Shown here in pieces: positions 38,933 to 51,344 of a stretch of DNA of 64,000 nucleotides. The notes under the pieces are model-generated. The model was not told the origin of the DNA and ran no database searches. It saw nothing but the letters and a program-made list of their open reading frames with translations. The stretch's first letter is position 1. Every line of letters begins with the position of its first letter. This stretch comes from Zootoca vivipara (lineage: Eukaryota): the NCBI RefSeq assembly GCF_963506605.1, contig NC_083277.1, positions 57,970,001 through 58,034,000 on the forward strand, written 5' to 3'. A program made the position numbers and the translations under genes.

Positions 38933-41334
38933 ATTCCATGTGATTGGAATATGGTACTGGTTACAAAAATCCTGAAAATCAATCTTCCTTCCTTCCTACC
39001 TAAAGTAAGTTTATAGTCCTCACTGCTGCAAAGATAGACTTGAAAGTGCATGGGCAACACCTGGTAAAATTGGAGAAGCCAGAAAGTGGATCATTGGGAT
39101 TCCCAGCGGGTAGGAAATGGGCTTTCATTATCCCACATAGCTCCTTGTCCTTACGATCAGCAGAAGACATTACTTGACTAAGCAAACATATGCAAGCATC
39201 TACAATTTGCAATAGAATATGCAAATAAAGCACACATTTATATTTTGGCAACTTCCCTCCCAACCATGTTTTTCTAAGTGCAATTGAAAATGTAATTCTG
39301 CTCCAGTGTAGCAATATGCCTTTGGAGAGCTTCATTTATTGGCAGACCTTTGCTCTTACTCTGGCAGTCTCTGTAGATGGACTGGAGCCTCTGCCTCTAT
39401 TTGTCTTAGGCAAGGATATCCACTTGGGTTGCAACTGCATGTACTTGAGTTGTGTTTGCATGTATTTGGGTTATATCCAAGTCTAGAGAGACTACTGAAG
39501 CCAAGAAGATAGGTCTGCCAGAAAAGGAGATGTCCAAAGGCTTAGTGCTTTTTTCTAGAATGTGGCACCAAATAATAATATTTTTTTGCAGAGTGCATGC
39601 CAGTCCTATCCATTGCCCATAATAAATGTGGATGGAAGGGAAATAACTAATGCACAGAGAGATGAAGGGAGGGTTCATAACATGTCCACTAGTAGGAGAA
39701 GTTTTAGATTAAGTTTGGGGGACCTTTGGTCTTCCAGATGTGGCTAAACTACAACTCCCATCATCCCTGGCCATTGGCCACGATTGCTGGGACTGCTGGA
39801 AGTTGTAGCTCAGCAACATCTGGAGGACCAAGGGTTCCCCAAACCTGGTATAAATATTGATAGACTTGCTTATCCTAAAAGCTTTGGCAGAAAAGGTCAA
39901 CCGCTGTAACTTGAGCCCTTATCTACCTAGTGCCACATGCTAGTTTGCCCAGCAACACATAGAAGATAGTCACAAGATGCCTATAGCTGCATGGGGTGGG
40001 GGTACAATTTCTGCTGACGCATGGAGAATTTTTTTCACTTTCCTTAACGTGATGGGAATCAAGTCCAACAACATATTGGGGGCTGCAAGTTCCCCATTCC
40101 TGGCCCAAATGAAATTAGGCAGTCTCCATCTCCAGATTCAATTCCACTCCCCATACTCTAATTCCAGCAGCAGGTAGTTGGGGCCCACCCATATATGTCA
40201 GGATTCTGTATGGCCACCTATATTCATACCCGCCCTGCCCCTCACTTTGCCTTCACATGCTGACATTTTCACACACCAGCTGTGCAGATGGTACATAATG
40301 AGCCCAGCTGGCAGATCTACTTTCAACCTGCCATGGCACTGCTACTGCTTTGGCATCAGGGACAACCATAGGGATGAGAGTGCACCTGAGAGGGAGAGAA
40401 GGTGCCAAAGAAAGCCATCTCAGGTCAGGTGGCACGTGGTCTTGAGGTGCCTTGCTATTCCCGCTGCTGGAGAGCTGAGGTTGAACCTTCCGCTACAATT
40501 TTTATAAATTCTCTTTTCTTCCTTTCCGTTCTTTTTGGGGAGGTGTGGAATTGAAGTTATAACATGTCTTTGTTTACGGTATATTATATTTTCAGGCTGT
40601 TTTACTCCTGCAGTTGCCGTGGCCAAGGCTCTAAGTAATCTCAAAAGTATTCCCATAGAGTTTGCAGCATCTTCTAATGGGTGGGTGCCGGCAGTTGATT
40701 ATATGTGGTTACAATGGGATTTCTGCTATTTGCTTGCTGTTAACACACCACCTCCAGACCAAATGTCTCTTCTCCGTTGTCGCCATGGAATCTCTGCAGG
40801 CTTTGGTGCCAGAATATATGCACACAAATCGTGTGGCCAGCCTGTGTGTGCAAATGTTGCAGGAGATTATCACAGCAGCTGGCAGTTTAGTTAGAGGCGT
40901 GCAATTTGCTTGTGACCCTGGAATGACTATAGACCTGATCTTGTTCATTCACTTATAAGGCTATTTTTTTGGCGGGGATGTGGAATTGTTCCTTGAATTG
41001 TGACATGGCTGAGCAGCTTTCAAATCTCTTAACTTCCTCCACCAAATCTCCCACCCAATTAGCTGGATGAATCAGCTGTCATCCTTTGAATATATGATTG
41101 TCCGTATGTGATGGGTGGTTCCTGTACCATTCAGGCAAAGGTGGCTATAGTCTAGGGACTAATGTTGTAATGTGGCTACAAGGCTGAGGTGTGAATGAGG
41201 AAACCACTAGTCAAAATCCTGCCTCTGCCGTGTATTTAGTATATGGCCTTAGGGGAACTAATGTTCTCTTAGCTTCAGCTTCCCACCTGTAAAATGAGGA
41301 TAACAGTACTGATCTACCTTAGTGGAAGAAATAG

Positions 41335-41460
41335 TGTATGTTAGCTCAGTTGGTTAGGGCATGGTGCTGATAACACCGAGGATGCAGGGTCGATCCCCAT
41401 ATGGGGCACCTGTATATTCCTGCATTGCAGGGGGTTGGACTAAATAACCCTTCCAACTAT
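41335..41460 (+). mobile_element. tRNA(Ile)-headed SINE with CR1 tail
   Basis: ttagctcagttggttagggcatggtgctgataacaccgag...tcgatcccc followed by a CR1-like end. Confidence 0.75.
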
Positions 41461-42712
41461 AAAGTGGTATTGAACTACACTTTACTCAGAGCAGACTCAT
41501 TGAAATAGATGAACATGACTACAAAACCCTGAGCTACCCAGGAAGAGGGACTGATTGTGAAACCATGCTGAGAACTGCAGTTCTGTGAGGGGAATGGGAG
41601 TCTCCTCTAACAACTCTCACCATACTTAACAAACTGTAGTTCCCAGGATTCTTTGGGGGAAGCCACAACTGTTTAAAGTGGAATGACACTGCTTTAAACA
41701 GTGGTGCTGATGAGGCCTTACATTCAAGAAGCGACACATTAGAGAAGACAGAGCAAAAATGAGCCTTCTCTTTGTTATTTGATGCACCCCCACCCTAAAA
41801 ATCTCAGAAGATGTAGAAGTAGTTCAGCTATTATTCAAAGGAGTATATAATGAATTGACCAAGTAAACTATGCACTACCTGGATGTAGCACAAAGGTGGC
41901 ATGGAAGGGAGGAAGAGAAATAAGATGGGATAGAGGGGTAAAGGGTTGTGGGGAATTGGAAGCCTGTGGACAAGGAGCAGTAGCCGTGGGAGATGGGCCC
42001 AGATCCACAATACTAAGGGGGCTTCCAAGACTATTGTGCTCTCCGGTGGGATTAAATCACTCACCAACAAATTCAGGTTGCCCATTTCCAGTTGATTGGG
42101 AAGTCTGGCACAACAAATTTGCTTCCCCCAAAAGTTTTGGCAATAAGGAAAGTGCCGGGAATGTACTGGAAAGTGTAGGGTGATGCTTGGTAATATCCCC
42201 ACCAAAAATGGTGAGAATACTCTTGAAATAACAGGTCACCTCCCTGCAAACAAATCAGAATAGATGCTCAACAAATGGGTTTTCTGAAAGTGCCCTGTTG
42301 CTCCATATCCTAATCTGGGGGGGCACCCTTCCTGCTTCCCAAACCCTCACAAGGAAATGCCTGCCTGTTTTCCAAGCTCTTTCTCTGCAGATATGAAGAC
42401 TAGAAACTTGCTTTTTTAAAACACCCCCCAATACCCTTCTGATAATCTTCCAGGATGCCAAATTCTTTTTCAGCTACCAGATCCTGTGCTTGTGTCTTAA
42501 GCCCACACATGTGCCAGATACACCTAAAGTATACCAGGGCAACTCAGACACAGAAGGCTCCAAACGTGAATAGCTCGGAGCTGATGGTGTGTTTGAGTGA
42601 GTTTCCAGCATTGGCATAACTTTACTCTGTCCCCCCACCCCCCTTTTATCTCCCCTTTTAGAGTCCTCCAAGAGAGGTGCATGGAATAGCATGGCAGAAG
42701 TTTTGCCTCGCG

Positions 42713-44479
42713 ATGGGCAGTGCTAAGCAGCCAGAGGCATTGCAGTTGTTGAAGCAAGATGCAGTTCCAGAAGATGCCTCCCAGCCCAGCAGCAGCTTAC
42801 CTTGCAGTCAGGAGAAAGACAGCCGTCTCCAACACACCCGATGTGACGGAGGAGATCTCACCATGAGGAACTGCTGTGTGAATGACCTTGGCACCAAAGA
42901 CGGCAGCCAAGAAGACACCATGGTGGACAACCCAGACCAGAAGGAGAAGACGCCAGCTGTAGCCACAAAGCCTTCCATGGAACTAGTCACTGCCACAGGT
43001 ACCGTGGCTCTGAAAGATGCAACGGCTGGAGGAACCACCTTGGAAGAGGAAGGGGAACGAGCAGCCCATCATGACTTGCGGCACAACAGCAAGCAGGGCT
43101 CAAGCTGCAGGGATCTTCCCAGTAGCTTATCCAATACCTGCAACCCCCTGGAAAGTAAAGCTGTTCCTGGAGATGCCGGTACTACGCATCTCCCGGCAGA
43201 GCCCTGCCTAAAGGGAACCAACCAGGACCCTTCCAGTGCACCAGCCTCCCTGAAACATGTGGCATTTCTTGAACCAACCAAAAACACCGCTGAGGCTGAG
43301 AGCACCCAAGCAGGAACAGCACATTCCGAGGGGGGTCCTGCACTTCCCACGTGCCTGAAAAACACAAGCCAAGGACAGCCGGGTGCCTCCAAGGGAGATA
43401 CATCACACTTCAGCAGTGATGTCTGTGAAGCAGCGGACCACTTGAGCGAAGGACACAGAGGTCCCCTCGCATCAGAAGCTCCCAAGGAGTTTACTCAAGA
43501 CCCCTTGGCATCTGAAGCCACATCAGGGAAGTCAAGCAGACCAGTGACAGAAACAGACCAGTTGGGGGACCATAGCAGGGAAGTGAGGTTCCCTGCTCCG
43601 GAAGCTAACACAGCTGGGAACTCCAGTAGAGTGCCAGGAAACCCTGTGCCTGCCGTTCCTCATGAAGCCAAGGGCACATCAGGTGAGTCACAAACAACCC
43701 CAGGTGAAGCCACCAAGGAGGCGGAAGGGCTCAGAGAAGTGACACCCTCTGAGTCCAAGGGTCAATACCAAGCTCAGGAACAACAAACACCAGAAACGAC
43801 CAGTGTGGCTGTGAGTGAGGAGCGCACAACAGACGTCGAGAAGAGGTCTGTGGAACTTCTCACCCAAACCTGCTCACTTGAGGTCACTCCCCCCCAGCAC
43901 GACGCTGGGACTCAAGTTGACAATCGCGTGTCTTTGGTGTCGGTGGCCGTCAGCCCCATCAACCCGCCTGACGGCTCCTCGGCTTTCACTTTCCACACAA
44001 GGGGCTTGGGGGCCTCCTCTCTGAAGAGCCCCGGCCCGGAGCAGAAGCCAGCCAAGAGAGATGCAGAGATGCAGGTGTCCATCCCGGTGGAGACCAGGTC
44101 CGTGGCCACGGGGCCCATGACTCCCGTGACCAAATCCCCCCAAGCGTCCTACCCTGAGGTGCACGTGAAAGGGGCCCAGGAGGAGGCGCCCGAGCCGGTG
44201 CGGGAGGTCAGCTGGGACGAGAAGGGCATGACGTGGGAAGTGTACGGTGCCTCCATGGAGGTGGAGGTGCTGGGCATGGCCATCCAGAAGCACTTGGAGA
44301 AGCAGATTGAAGAGCATGGCCGGCAAATGGTGATGACACCTCAGAGCACCCGTGCCAGCTCCATCAAGGGGGCTCCCCCCAAGGGGGAGGTCAAGAGGCA
44401 GCCCAGCGTCTTCAGGGCACTCCTGCAGAATGTGCGGCGGCCCCGCTGCTGCTCCCGAGGAGGACCCACTGTGGAGTGA
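42713..44479 (+). CDS. GPRIN1: G protein-regulated inducer of neurite outgrowth 1, single coding exon, 588 aa
   Basis: GRIN C-terminal domain [41 protein letters not shown] and the GPRIN1-type end [14 protein letters not shown]. First in-frame ATG is 42713 (MGSAK), downstream of a splice acceptor tcccctttta-g at 42660-42661. Convergent with CDHR2 as in other amniotes. Confidence 0.95.
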   Translation: MGSAKQPEALQLLKQDAVPEDASQPSSSLPCSQEKDSRLQHTRCDGGDLTMRNCCVNDLGTKDGSQEDTMVDNPDQKEKTPAVATKPSMELVTATGTVALKDATAGGTTLEEEGERAAHHDLRHNSKQGSSCRDLPSSLSNTCNPLESKAVPGDAGTTHLPAEPCLKGTNQDPSSAPASLKHVAFLEPTKNTAEAESTQAGTAHSEGGPALPTCLKNTSQGQPGASKGDTSHFSSDVCEAADHLSEGHRGPLASEAPKEFTQDPLASEATSGKSSRPVTETDQLGDHSREVRFPAPEANTAGNSSRVPGNPVPAVPHEAKGTSGESQTTPGEATKEAEGLREVTPSESKGQYQAQEQQTPETTSVAVSEERTTDVEKRSVELLTQTCSLEVTPPQHDAGTQVDNRVSLVSVAVSPINPPDGSSAFTFHTRGLGASSLKSPGPEQKPAKRDAEMQVSIPVETRSVATGPMTPVTKSPQASYPEVHVKGAQEEAPEPVREVSWDEKGMTWEVYGASMEVEVLGMAIQKHLEKQIEEHGRQMVMTPQSTRASSIKGAPPKGEVKRQPSVFRALLQNVRRPRCCSRGGPTVE

Positions 44480-46792
44480 AGGGGGCCCTGGGCCAACTCT
44501 AGGGTTTTCTTATAGCAGTAGTTTCTCAGGCAATGTGTGGGACGGTCCCTTTTGAATCTCTCGAATCCCCAGGGTTACGGCGCTCAGCACCCCTGACGTC
44601 TCCTGGAAATGCCGGCCAAACCCTATATATTACAAGCAAATAGCACCTTGCCCAGTTCTGAAGTACTTGACATGTCTCAGCCAGCAGCGCTTACACTGCC
44701 ACGCACGCTTGGCAGTGCCGCTTTGCATCCTGGGACATGTAGTCTTCACAGTGCCAAGCTCAGATGATTATATGCAGGGCTCTCGGCAACCTGTCTGTTT
44801 GGTACAGACTGGAGACGGCTGTCAGACATTTTGGAGGCCCATGTTTGGAAAAGTCTGGTGCAGTGTTCGTGGAGATCACAGTACTAGCAGTATCCTATCT
44901 TGGGTCTAGAATGGATTAGTAGTAGGGGCTGCCAGATCACAGCTTTTAGAGAACATATGCATAGTTTGGGATTCCCCCCTCCCAGTGCCAATAGGTTAAG
45001 AAACAGTCTGAAATCTTCACAATTGTTTCTAGATGTACAGTATATGTTTTAACTTAGGGGCAGCAGCATTCTGAAGGTGATTTTGGCTGAAAGATCATGT
45101 GTCAGGTCTTGAGAAAGCCATCCAATTGAACAACTTTAAACAAAATAAGCAAGTTTGCCTAATATTGTTCAGTTGCATAATTTTACGGTGCCCGCAGAAC
45201 TTGAGTGTTCTTGCTGTGGAGATTGATCATTTACATTGCACAGAATATAACAAGTTTGGGGCATTATAGAATCATAGAATTGTAGAGTTGGAAGGTACCC
45301 CTGGGGGGGGCATCTAGTCCAACCTCCCCCCAGTTGCAGGAATCAAAGCTAAATAATCCCTGACAGGAGAGAGCCCACTGCCTTTTGAGTCCAGCACCAG
45401 ACTGCCTTCCCCATTCTAAAGGACCATTTCAAGAGAAAGCAGGAGCTGGGAGAAAAGTGCAATAAGAGTAACCAGGCTCATCCTAGGGCAGGAGAGAATT
45501 TGGATGAAATTTTTAATCTCTTCTTAATTACACTCTCGACCTTTGCCTGCAGCCCTGCAAGTCTGTTCAAGGCAAGCCCCTCAGATCCCTCCATTCCCTT
45601 TGCTAGAGGGCCCTGCTGAGTCCCAGTGGTGGCAACTTACATTTCAGGCTGATGCCGCCACCTGACCGACATGCCTGAGAAACTAATAATTTGGAAGGCT
45701 CCTCGTCTTGTGTGCGAGAGTGTGTCTCAATGCGTGCTCTGGCTTGTGTGCATGTGAGCGTGCGTGTCATAGCCTCTTTTCCTGTCAATGCTATTTCCCC
45801 CCCAGGGAGCAAAGAGGCCTGTTGCCATCAGAAACGTGGCTAATTTTTATGTTCCTGACTTTTTCAAGAGATCTGGGGTGGGGTGGGGCATTTTATTCAT
45901 ATGTGTTGGAATATGGGGGCTTTTACAAAACACTCTTTACTCTGTTGTGTTCATTCTAAATCAGGTTCTTGTTTCTCTGAAGGTGTCTTGAAGATGCTGA
46001 TTTCCTTTTCCTGCCTCCCCCATTCCCCGCCCCCTCCCAACAATGTTTTATGCATTGGGATTTGGGGTTTTGTGGCTTTCACCCCTAAGAAATGAAATCT
46101 GTGATGGCATAGATGAGAGATTATTTGACACTGTGTAAAAGGAGAGCAGAGGACACTTGCATGGTGGAAACCAAGACTTGGTTTTTTTGGAGGGGAGCTC
46201 CTTCCTCCAGAGTAGCTGCACTAGGTACACCTCCTTCAAGGATGTTTTCAGTTGTGAAATGTAGTGCCAAAAACTGACACCCACACTCACTTTTGATAGA
46301 GTTGGAGAGCACCTCTGCTGTTTGTAGTACTACCCTGATTTTGCCAGAAGACTTCGTGTTGATTTCTGTTTACAAGTCTCCTCACCTCTCTGTGAATTAT
46401 AATTCCCAAAGTTTTTTTTATCAGGCTGGGCTTCTGTGTCTTTAACCATTGCCCAGAAGGAGGACGTTTGGGTTCAGCTTTTCCCAGTGTGCATCTAAAG
46501 CAAGCAGGATGAGAGTTTTTGGCCAAATTTCCTCCTCAAGGAACAACCCCGCTTAAAAACAAAAACAAAAAAGCAGTCCTACTATAAATGTAGGTGCTGG
46601 GAAGTTTTCCCCCACAGAGGGGCAGAATTTATGTCCTTTTAGGGGTGACAACATTCAGCATCCTAACTGCAACACTGTGAGGAGAGGATCTAGACCCAAA
46701 GAATCTCACTGTTCCTCAGTGCTCTCTTAGATCTGGGATGAGGGCTCTGCTTCCCTCCAGGCGTTGTTAGACTACGTCCCATCATTCTAGAC

Positions 46793-46928
46793 CAGGCATC
46801 CCCAAACTTCGGCCCTCCAGATGTTTTGGACTACAATTCCCATCTTCCCCAACCACTGCTCCTGTTAGCTAGGGATCATGGGAGTTGTAGGCCAAAACAT
46901 CTGGAGGGCCACAGTTTGGGGATGCCTG
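46793..46928. mobile_element. 136-bp palindromic hAT MITE nested in an older copy of a related family
   Basis: Perfect TSD TTCTAGAC, 51-bp arms with about 4 mismatches. Older relatives near 19585-19725, 21771-21910, 26985-27115, 31026-31170, 39710-39848 and 54445-54930. Confidence 0.93.
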
Positions 46929-48163
46929 TTCTAGACCACTGGCTTTGATGGTTGGGCCTGATGGGAGATGAGGTCCAAAGCCAGCTGGACGCACACAGGC
47001 TTAGCATTCTGCTCTTGCAATGCAGATTGGCCAACGTGGTGAAGCTGACCAACATGCTAGAAAGTTCTGATGGAGCTGTTGGCTGTGGGGCTTTTCCTTC
47101 TAATGCCATCCCAATCAGCTGGGAAGGGCTTGCCTTAAATCTGGATTGCCCCTAGGCAGCACAGGCCAGCAGTATCATGTGCAAATCTTGGGAGAGATAA
47201 CTTTTCTCCACAAACAAAGAACCACACTGTTGGCTCTTTAAAAGGACCTGTGTGTACCAATACAGATGGAGAGGAGACGGAGTGTGCTTGTCTGCTGTCT
47301 GCAAGAAGAGGTAGGACTCCCGGCTGTTCTCTCTCGAGGGTGTACTGTACGATCTCCACCTCATCCAGGTTCCAATGAGTGGTATTGATGTGCTGGTTCA
47401 CTTGGCCGACACAAGCATTCGTGCCAAATTCGGTTCAAAGCACGAATGGAACAGGGGAAAGAACTGGTCCAATACTGTCATTGTATTAGCAAGAGCTGTG
47501 CCTGCCCAGACCTAGCTCTGAATCAGTCTATTGCAGTTCCCCTTTGGGAATAAGTAGACATGTACAAGAACTGACCATAGAGGGGTTTCTACAGTGCCCA
47601 GTGCTCACAAGTAGCCTTCCAGTTGCAAGACATGGGAGCCAAGCCCTGTAAGAGTTTAGGTGCCTTGTGGATCTGGCATGCTAGTAGGTCTACACACACA
47701 GAAACTTGAGTCTCTGGCACCAGCATTCTTCTTAGAGGGACTTGGCCAACTCAGCAGCGCTATGCTGCAAGAGGCACATCTAGAACCATGCAAGTGAGGA
47801 GCTGGGAAGAGGCATCCCATCTGAGATATGTCAGGCCACAAGGTGCAGGCGTCTGCACCCAAACCTGCATCCAACTGCTGGCAGCATCCCTGGGATGTAG
47901 GATGTTGAGCATGTAGACAGTACCACCCCCACCCCTACCCCCACCCCAGGTTACTGGGGCCATTCACAGAACTGCCGAGGACCCTTCCCATTCCTATGCC
48001 CTGCCTTGTGTGCTGTTCTCAGTATGGTGTTCACGTGCCATATGGATCTATAGTACCAAGCAATGATGAGTTGTTGACAGTAACTTTGCCTTTTGGTTTA
48101 TCTCCCCCTCCCTCCCTTTCTTTATTTGTTTAGGGTACAAACTTGTAAAACTGGCTGTTGGAT

Positions 48164-48169
48164 AATAAA
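48164..48169 (+). terminator. Candidate GPRIN1 polyadenylation signal AATAAA (alternatives at 48521 and 48538)
   Basis: AATAAA at the end of a U-rich, UTR-like stretch (48000-48180) downstream of the stop. Confidence 0.5.
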
Positions 48170-49137
48170 AATTTTCTCCCCAAAAAAGCAACCACCTCAA
48201 TATGCCCCCTGCCCAAGAGGGCTTTCTTTGTGTTTGTCAAGGGCTTCGGAGGGGAGGAGGGTTGTTTTCTTCACAGTCTGTTGCCAGCTCAGAACAGGTT
48301 CGCTCTACTGTGGGTTGCGGGTGGGGAACTACACTGCAGTGCTACATGGATGGGCTTTCATAATATCCAGGCTTGCTGGCTCTTTTATCAGGGACAGCTC
48401 CAGCCTTTTTGCTGCCTGAGGTGGAGCCCTCTTCCCATCAAGGTGCATAATAACCAAGGCCAGCCAAGTAATTTTGGCACCTGAGGCAGAAAACCCCACA
48501 AGCATCTATCTGTCTATGGGAATAAAAGTAAAGTCTTAATAAATAATATTTTGCTGCTCTTTCATAGTGACTAAAATCAGTTCCCTGAATGGCTGCCTCA
48601 GAAGCATCGCCTTCAACTGTGTCTTTAAGTGGGTGTCATCTGTTGGCACAGCTGATGAAAATGCTTGGGTCTTAGATGGTGATAAAAGCTCAGAGACTCT
48701 GGCTTTGTACACCTTTGCATACACATTCATTCAGTCACCTGTTCAACTGAATGCTGTTTGTTTGTCTGAGCAGCTTCAGCATCTTACCACAGTTTCCCAC
48801 TATAATAATTCCAGACGGCAAGGGAAACACTCCCTCATTTGCTGAATATATATTGGGAAGGTACACATGCTTCACACAGCCATGCAAATGGTAAACCAAT
48901 TCAAAGCCTACTTCAGAAAGCACTGTCCTGTCTATGGGCTGAGGGGTGGGGGGAAGGGTTTATCTGTTAACCAAACCGACTCCCAATGCCCGTCAAGCAA
49001 AAAGCAGAGGAGAGGCACACTTCTAGTTTTGCAATCATTAATATGTTTGCCATTTGACTTGGCAATATACTTTTCTCCTAACCCAGCACTGTAGTGGTGC
49101 ATCTTCCTTACAGTCGTGAAGAGGTAATAACTTAGGT

Positions 49138-49328
49138 CAGTGATGTCCAAACTTTTTTCAAAGAAGGCAAGATTTGATGAAGGGAAGGGCAATGAGGGGC
49201 CGACCAAAGTTGTTATCCTTTTTTTAAGGATTGAAGTTGTTGAGCTTTTTAAAAGGATTTTACTCCAGGAAATAAACTGCCAACCGGCAGGCCAGATTAG
49301 GCCACCGAAACAGATTTGGACATGCCTG
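49138..49328. mobile_element. hAT MITE related to 8171-8557
   Basis: TIR cagtgatgtccaaa / tttggacatgcctg, degenerate TSD acttaggt/ccttaggc. Confidence 0.75.
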
Positions 49329-50306
49329 CCTTAGGCAGATCCTGGATCTTGCTCCAATGTTTCCCCCATTTGCTTCTCCATGAACCCAACCACATGCCAA
49401 AGGCACTGCGAATAACCTGCAAAGCAGCTCCAAGTTAGTTGGTGATCGGGAAGGACCTTAGCTGTTACAACTAGGATTATATAGGCCCTATCCTTAGAAC
49501 CTCACAATACACTTTTCCAGAGGAATACTCAAGCTTGGATTATTATCCCAGGAAAAGAAAAGGTAAGCCCAGGATACAAGGAGCTGAATCAGAACAGTGG
49601 CTTGTTCTTTTGTCACTGGTGATGCATGAGAAGCTGAATGTGCTACTTGGCCACCAGTCTATCATAGATTCTTGAAAAACAAGGTAAGATACATCACCTT
49701 AGCAGGAATAGTGGTAGCACTGGCACAGCACAGGTTCTAAGCCCAGAGATTAGTAGCTTTGGTTGATATTCAATAAATGCATCTCCACTTGTGCAACAAA
49801 ACTTGCCCCCTTCTCCCATACCCTGCACCCTTTCCAAATCCTTGTGCTGACAAACCGTCTCTTAGTGCTAGGTTTGGTTGGATACAACTTTATACATACT
49901 CTAAATCCCCATTCCCTCCCTGCCCTGTTTCCAGTGAGAGGTGGAATTTTTATTATGTTATTTATTTCATGAAATTTATACACTACTTGATTGTTTAAAA
50001 AAACAAACAAACCCACAAGCCATTTTGCATCATACCTTTTGAACACATGAAAATACTGGTGTTGCCTAGCATGGTAGGCACTTACCACTTCTTCCACTTG
50101 TTGTTGTTGTTCAGTATGATCTCTCTAGTTTGGGCCAGACTCATTTCTCCTAGGATGCAGGCTTGCAGACAATCTTAAGTTATAAATTAAAAAGGATTCC
50201 CAGTGAGTTTCTTTACAGTTGCTGGTGCAATGTCTCCAAGCCAGTGTTGCTATACAAGTCCTGCTCATAAGTTTCTGTTCCTCTGCCAGGAGGAAGCAGG
50301 GTATGA

Positions 50307-50462
50307 TCAGAGATCGCTGGTGTCCAAGGAGGTGTTGTCGAAGGCGAAATACTGCTTGGTGTGTCCCAGTTGCTCTGGCTTGTCTTTCTTGTGGCTTTCT
50401 AAGGCAGCTTTCAATGGCTCGTTCCTTCCATTTTCCTGGTGTACAGCATCTGCTGTATCATG
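50307..50462 (-). CDS. CDHR2: CDHR2 terminal coding exon (...EPLKAAL...FDNTSLDTSDL-stop)
   Basis: Acceptor tcatcccag, phase 0. Class I PDZ ligand comparable to human DTTDL, which binds harmonin/USH1C. Confidence 0.9.
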   Translation of the reverse strand, partial: HDTADAVHQENGRNEPLKAALESHKKDKPEQLGHTKQYFAFDNTSLDTSDL

Positions 50463-51344
50463 CTGGGATGAAAGAGAGTATGAGTTTAGAATATGATCCG
50501 TCTATGTTGTAAAGTCCTAGTTGCCATTGTATCCTTGGACTATTGGATGGACTGTCACTCCAAGAACTGCAACGTCGAGAAAGAGACCACATAAGCAGCC
50601 ATATCCTGTGGTGCAGGAACCTGAACCTCTGCATGTGTAAGCTGAATATCAGGTCTAAGAGAGCAGATCCACTTTGAAGAGGTAGCCTGGGGTGTGTGTC
50701 TGCTGACATACCTTTGATCTTAGCTCCGTTGCAGCTAGGCTACTACAGCATAGTAGTGGGTCTTTCCAGGCCTATCATTACACTTGAAGAGAGCCAAGCA
50801 CATTGCAGCAAACCTTTGAAGTGTAGTGCAGAAGGCACTTTCCGTGGCTGTACATGGAGTACCTGGACGATATCTCTTACTGCCTGTCCCAGTGGATTGG
50901 GAAGGCCCCTGTGAAGCCTGCAAACAGTGGTGCTGCAAGATGAGACGCCCCATGAGTGCCTTGCTGAATGTGAAGACATACGTATGGCTGGTTCACCAAT
51001 ACTAGGTTACCTGACTGGAATGTGCCTCGTGACAAAGTCACACTGGGTCATCTACAGGGTATGTGGCCTGATGGTAGTCATAAAGGGCCACTGCCTGGCC
51101 TTTGGATTAAAAGTCCAGGGCTCTTCAAAAGAGAAGGGAAAATGAAACAAGGGAGGTGCTTTTTAGGGGCAAGAGCAAGGCATGTGTCACGTGACTCGCC
51201 CGGGAGCGTGCCCCGGAAGACGAGCTTCCTGGGTTTTGCATCGGAAAAAGTTGAAAGGTATGTCAACATCATCATCAAATGGCAGGAACATGCTTTGGCT
51301 GGGAGAATGTCCTGTGGGGCAGTGACAGGTTTGAGGGTCCTCAC

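Noticed and set aside
42677-42712. ORF-track N-terminal extension of GPRIN1 (600 aa)
   Set aside because: It starts at GTG. The first in-frame ATG is 42713.
42808-44326. Antisense ORFs opposite GPRIN1
   Set aside because: Shadow frames of a GC-rich CDS with no independent evidence.
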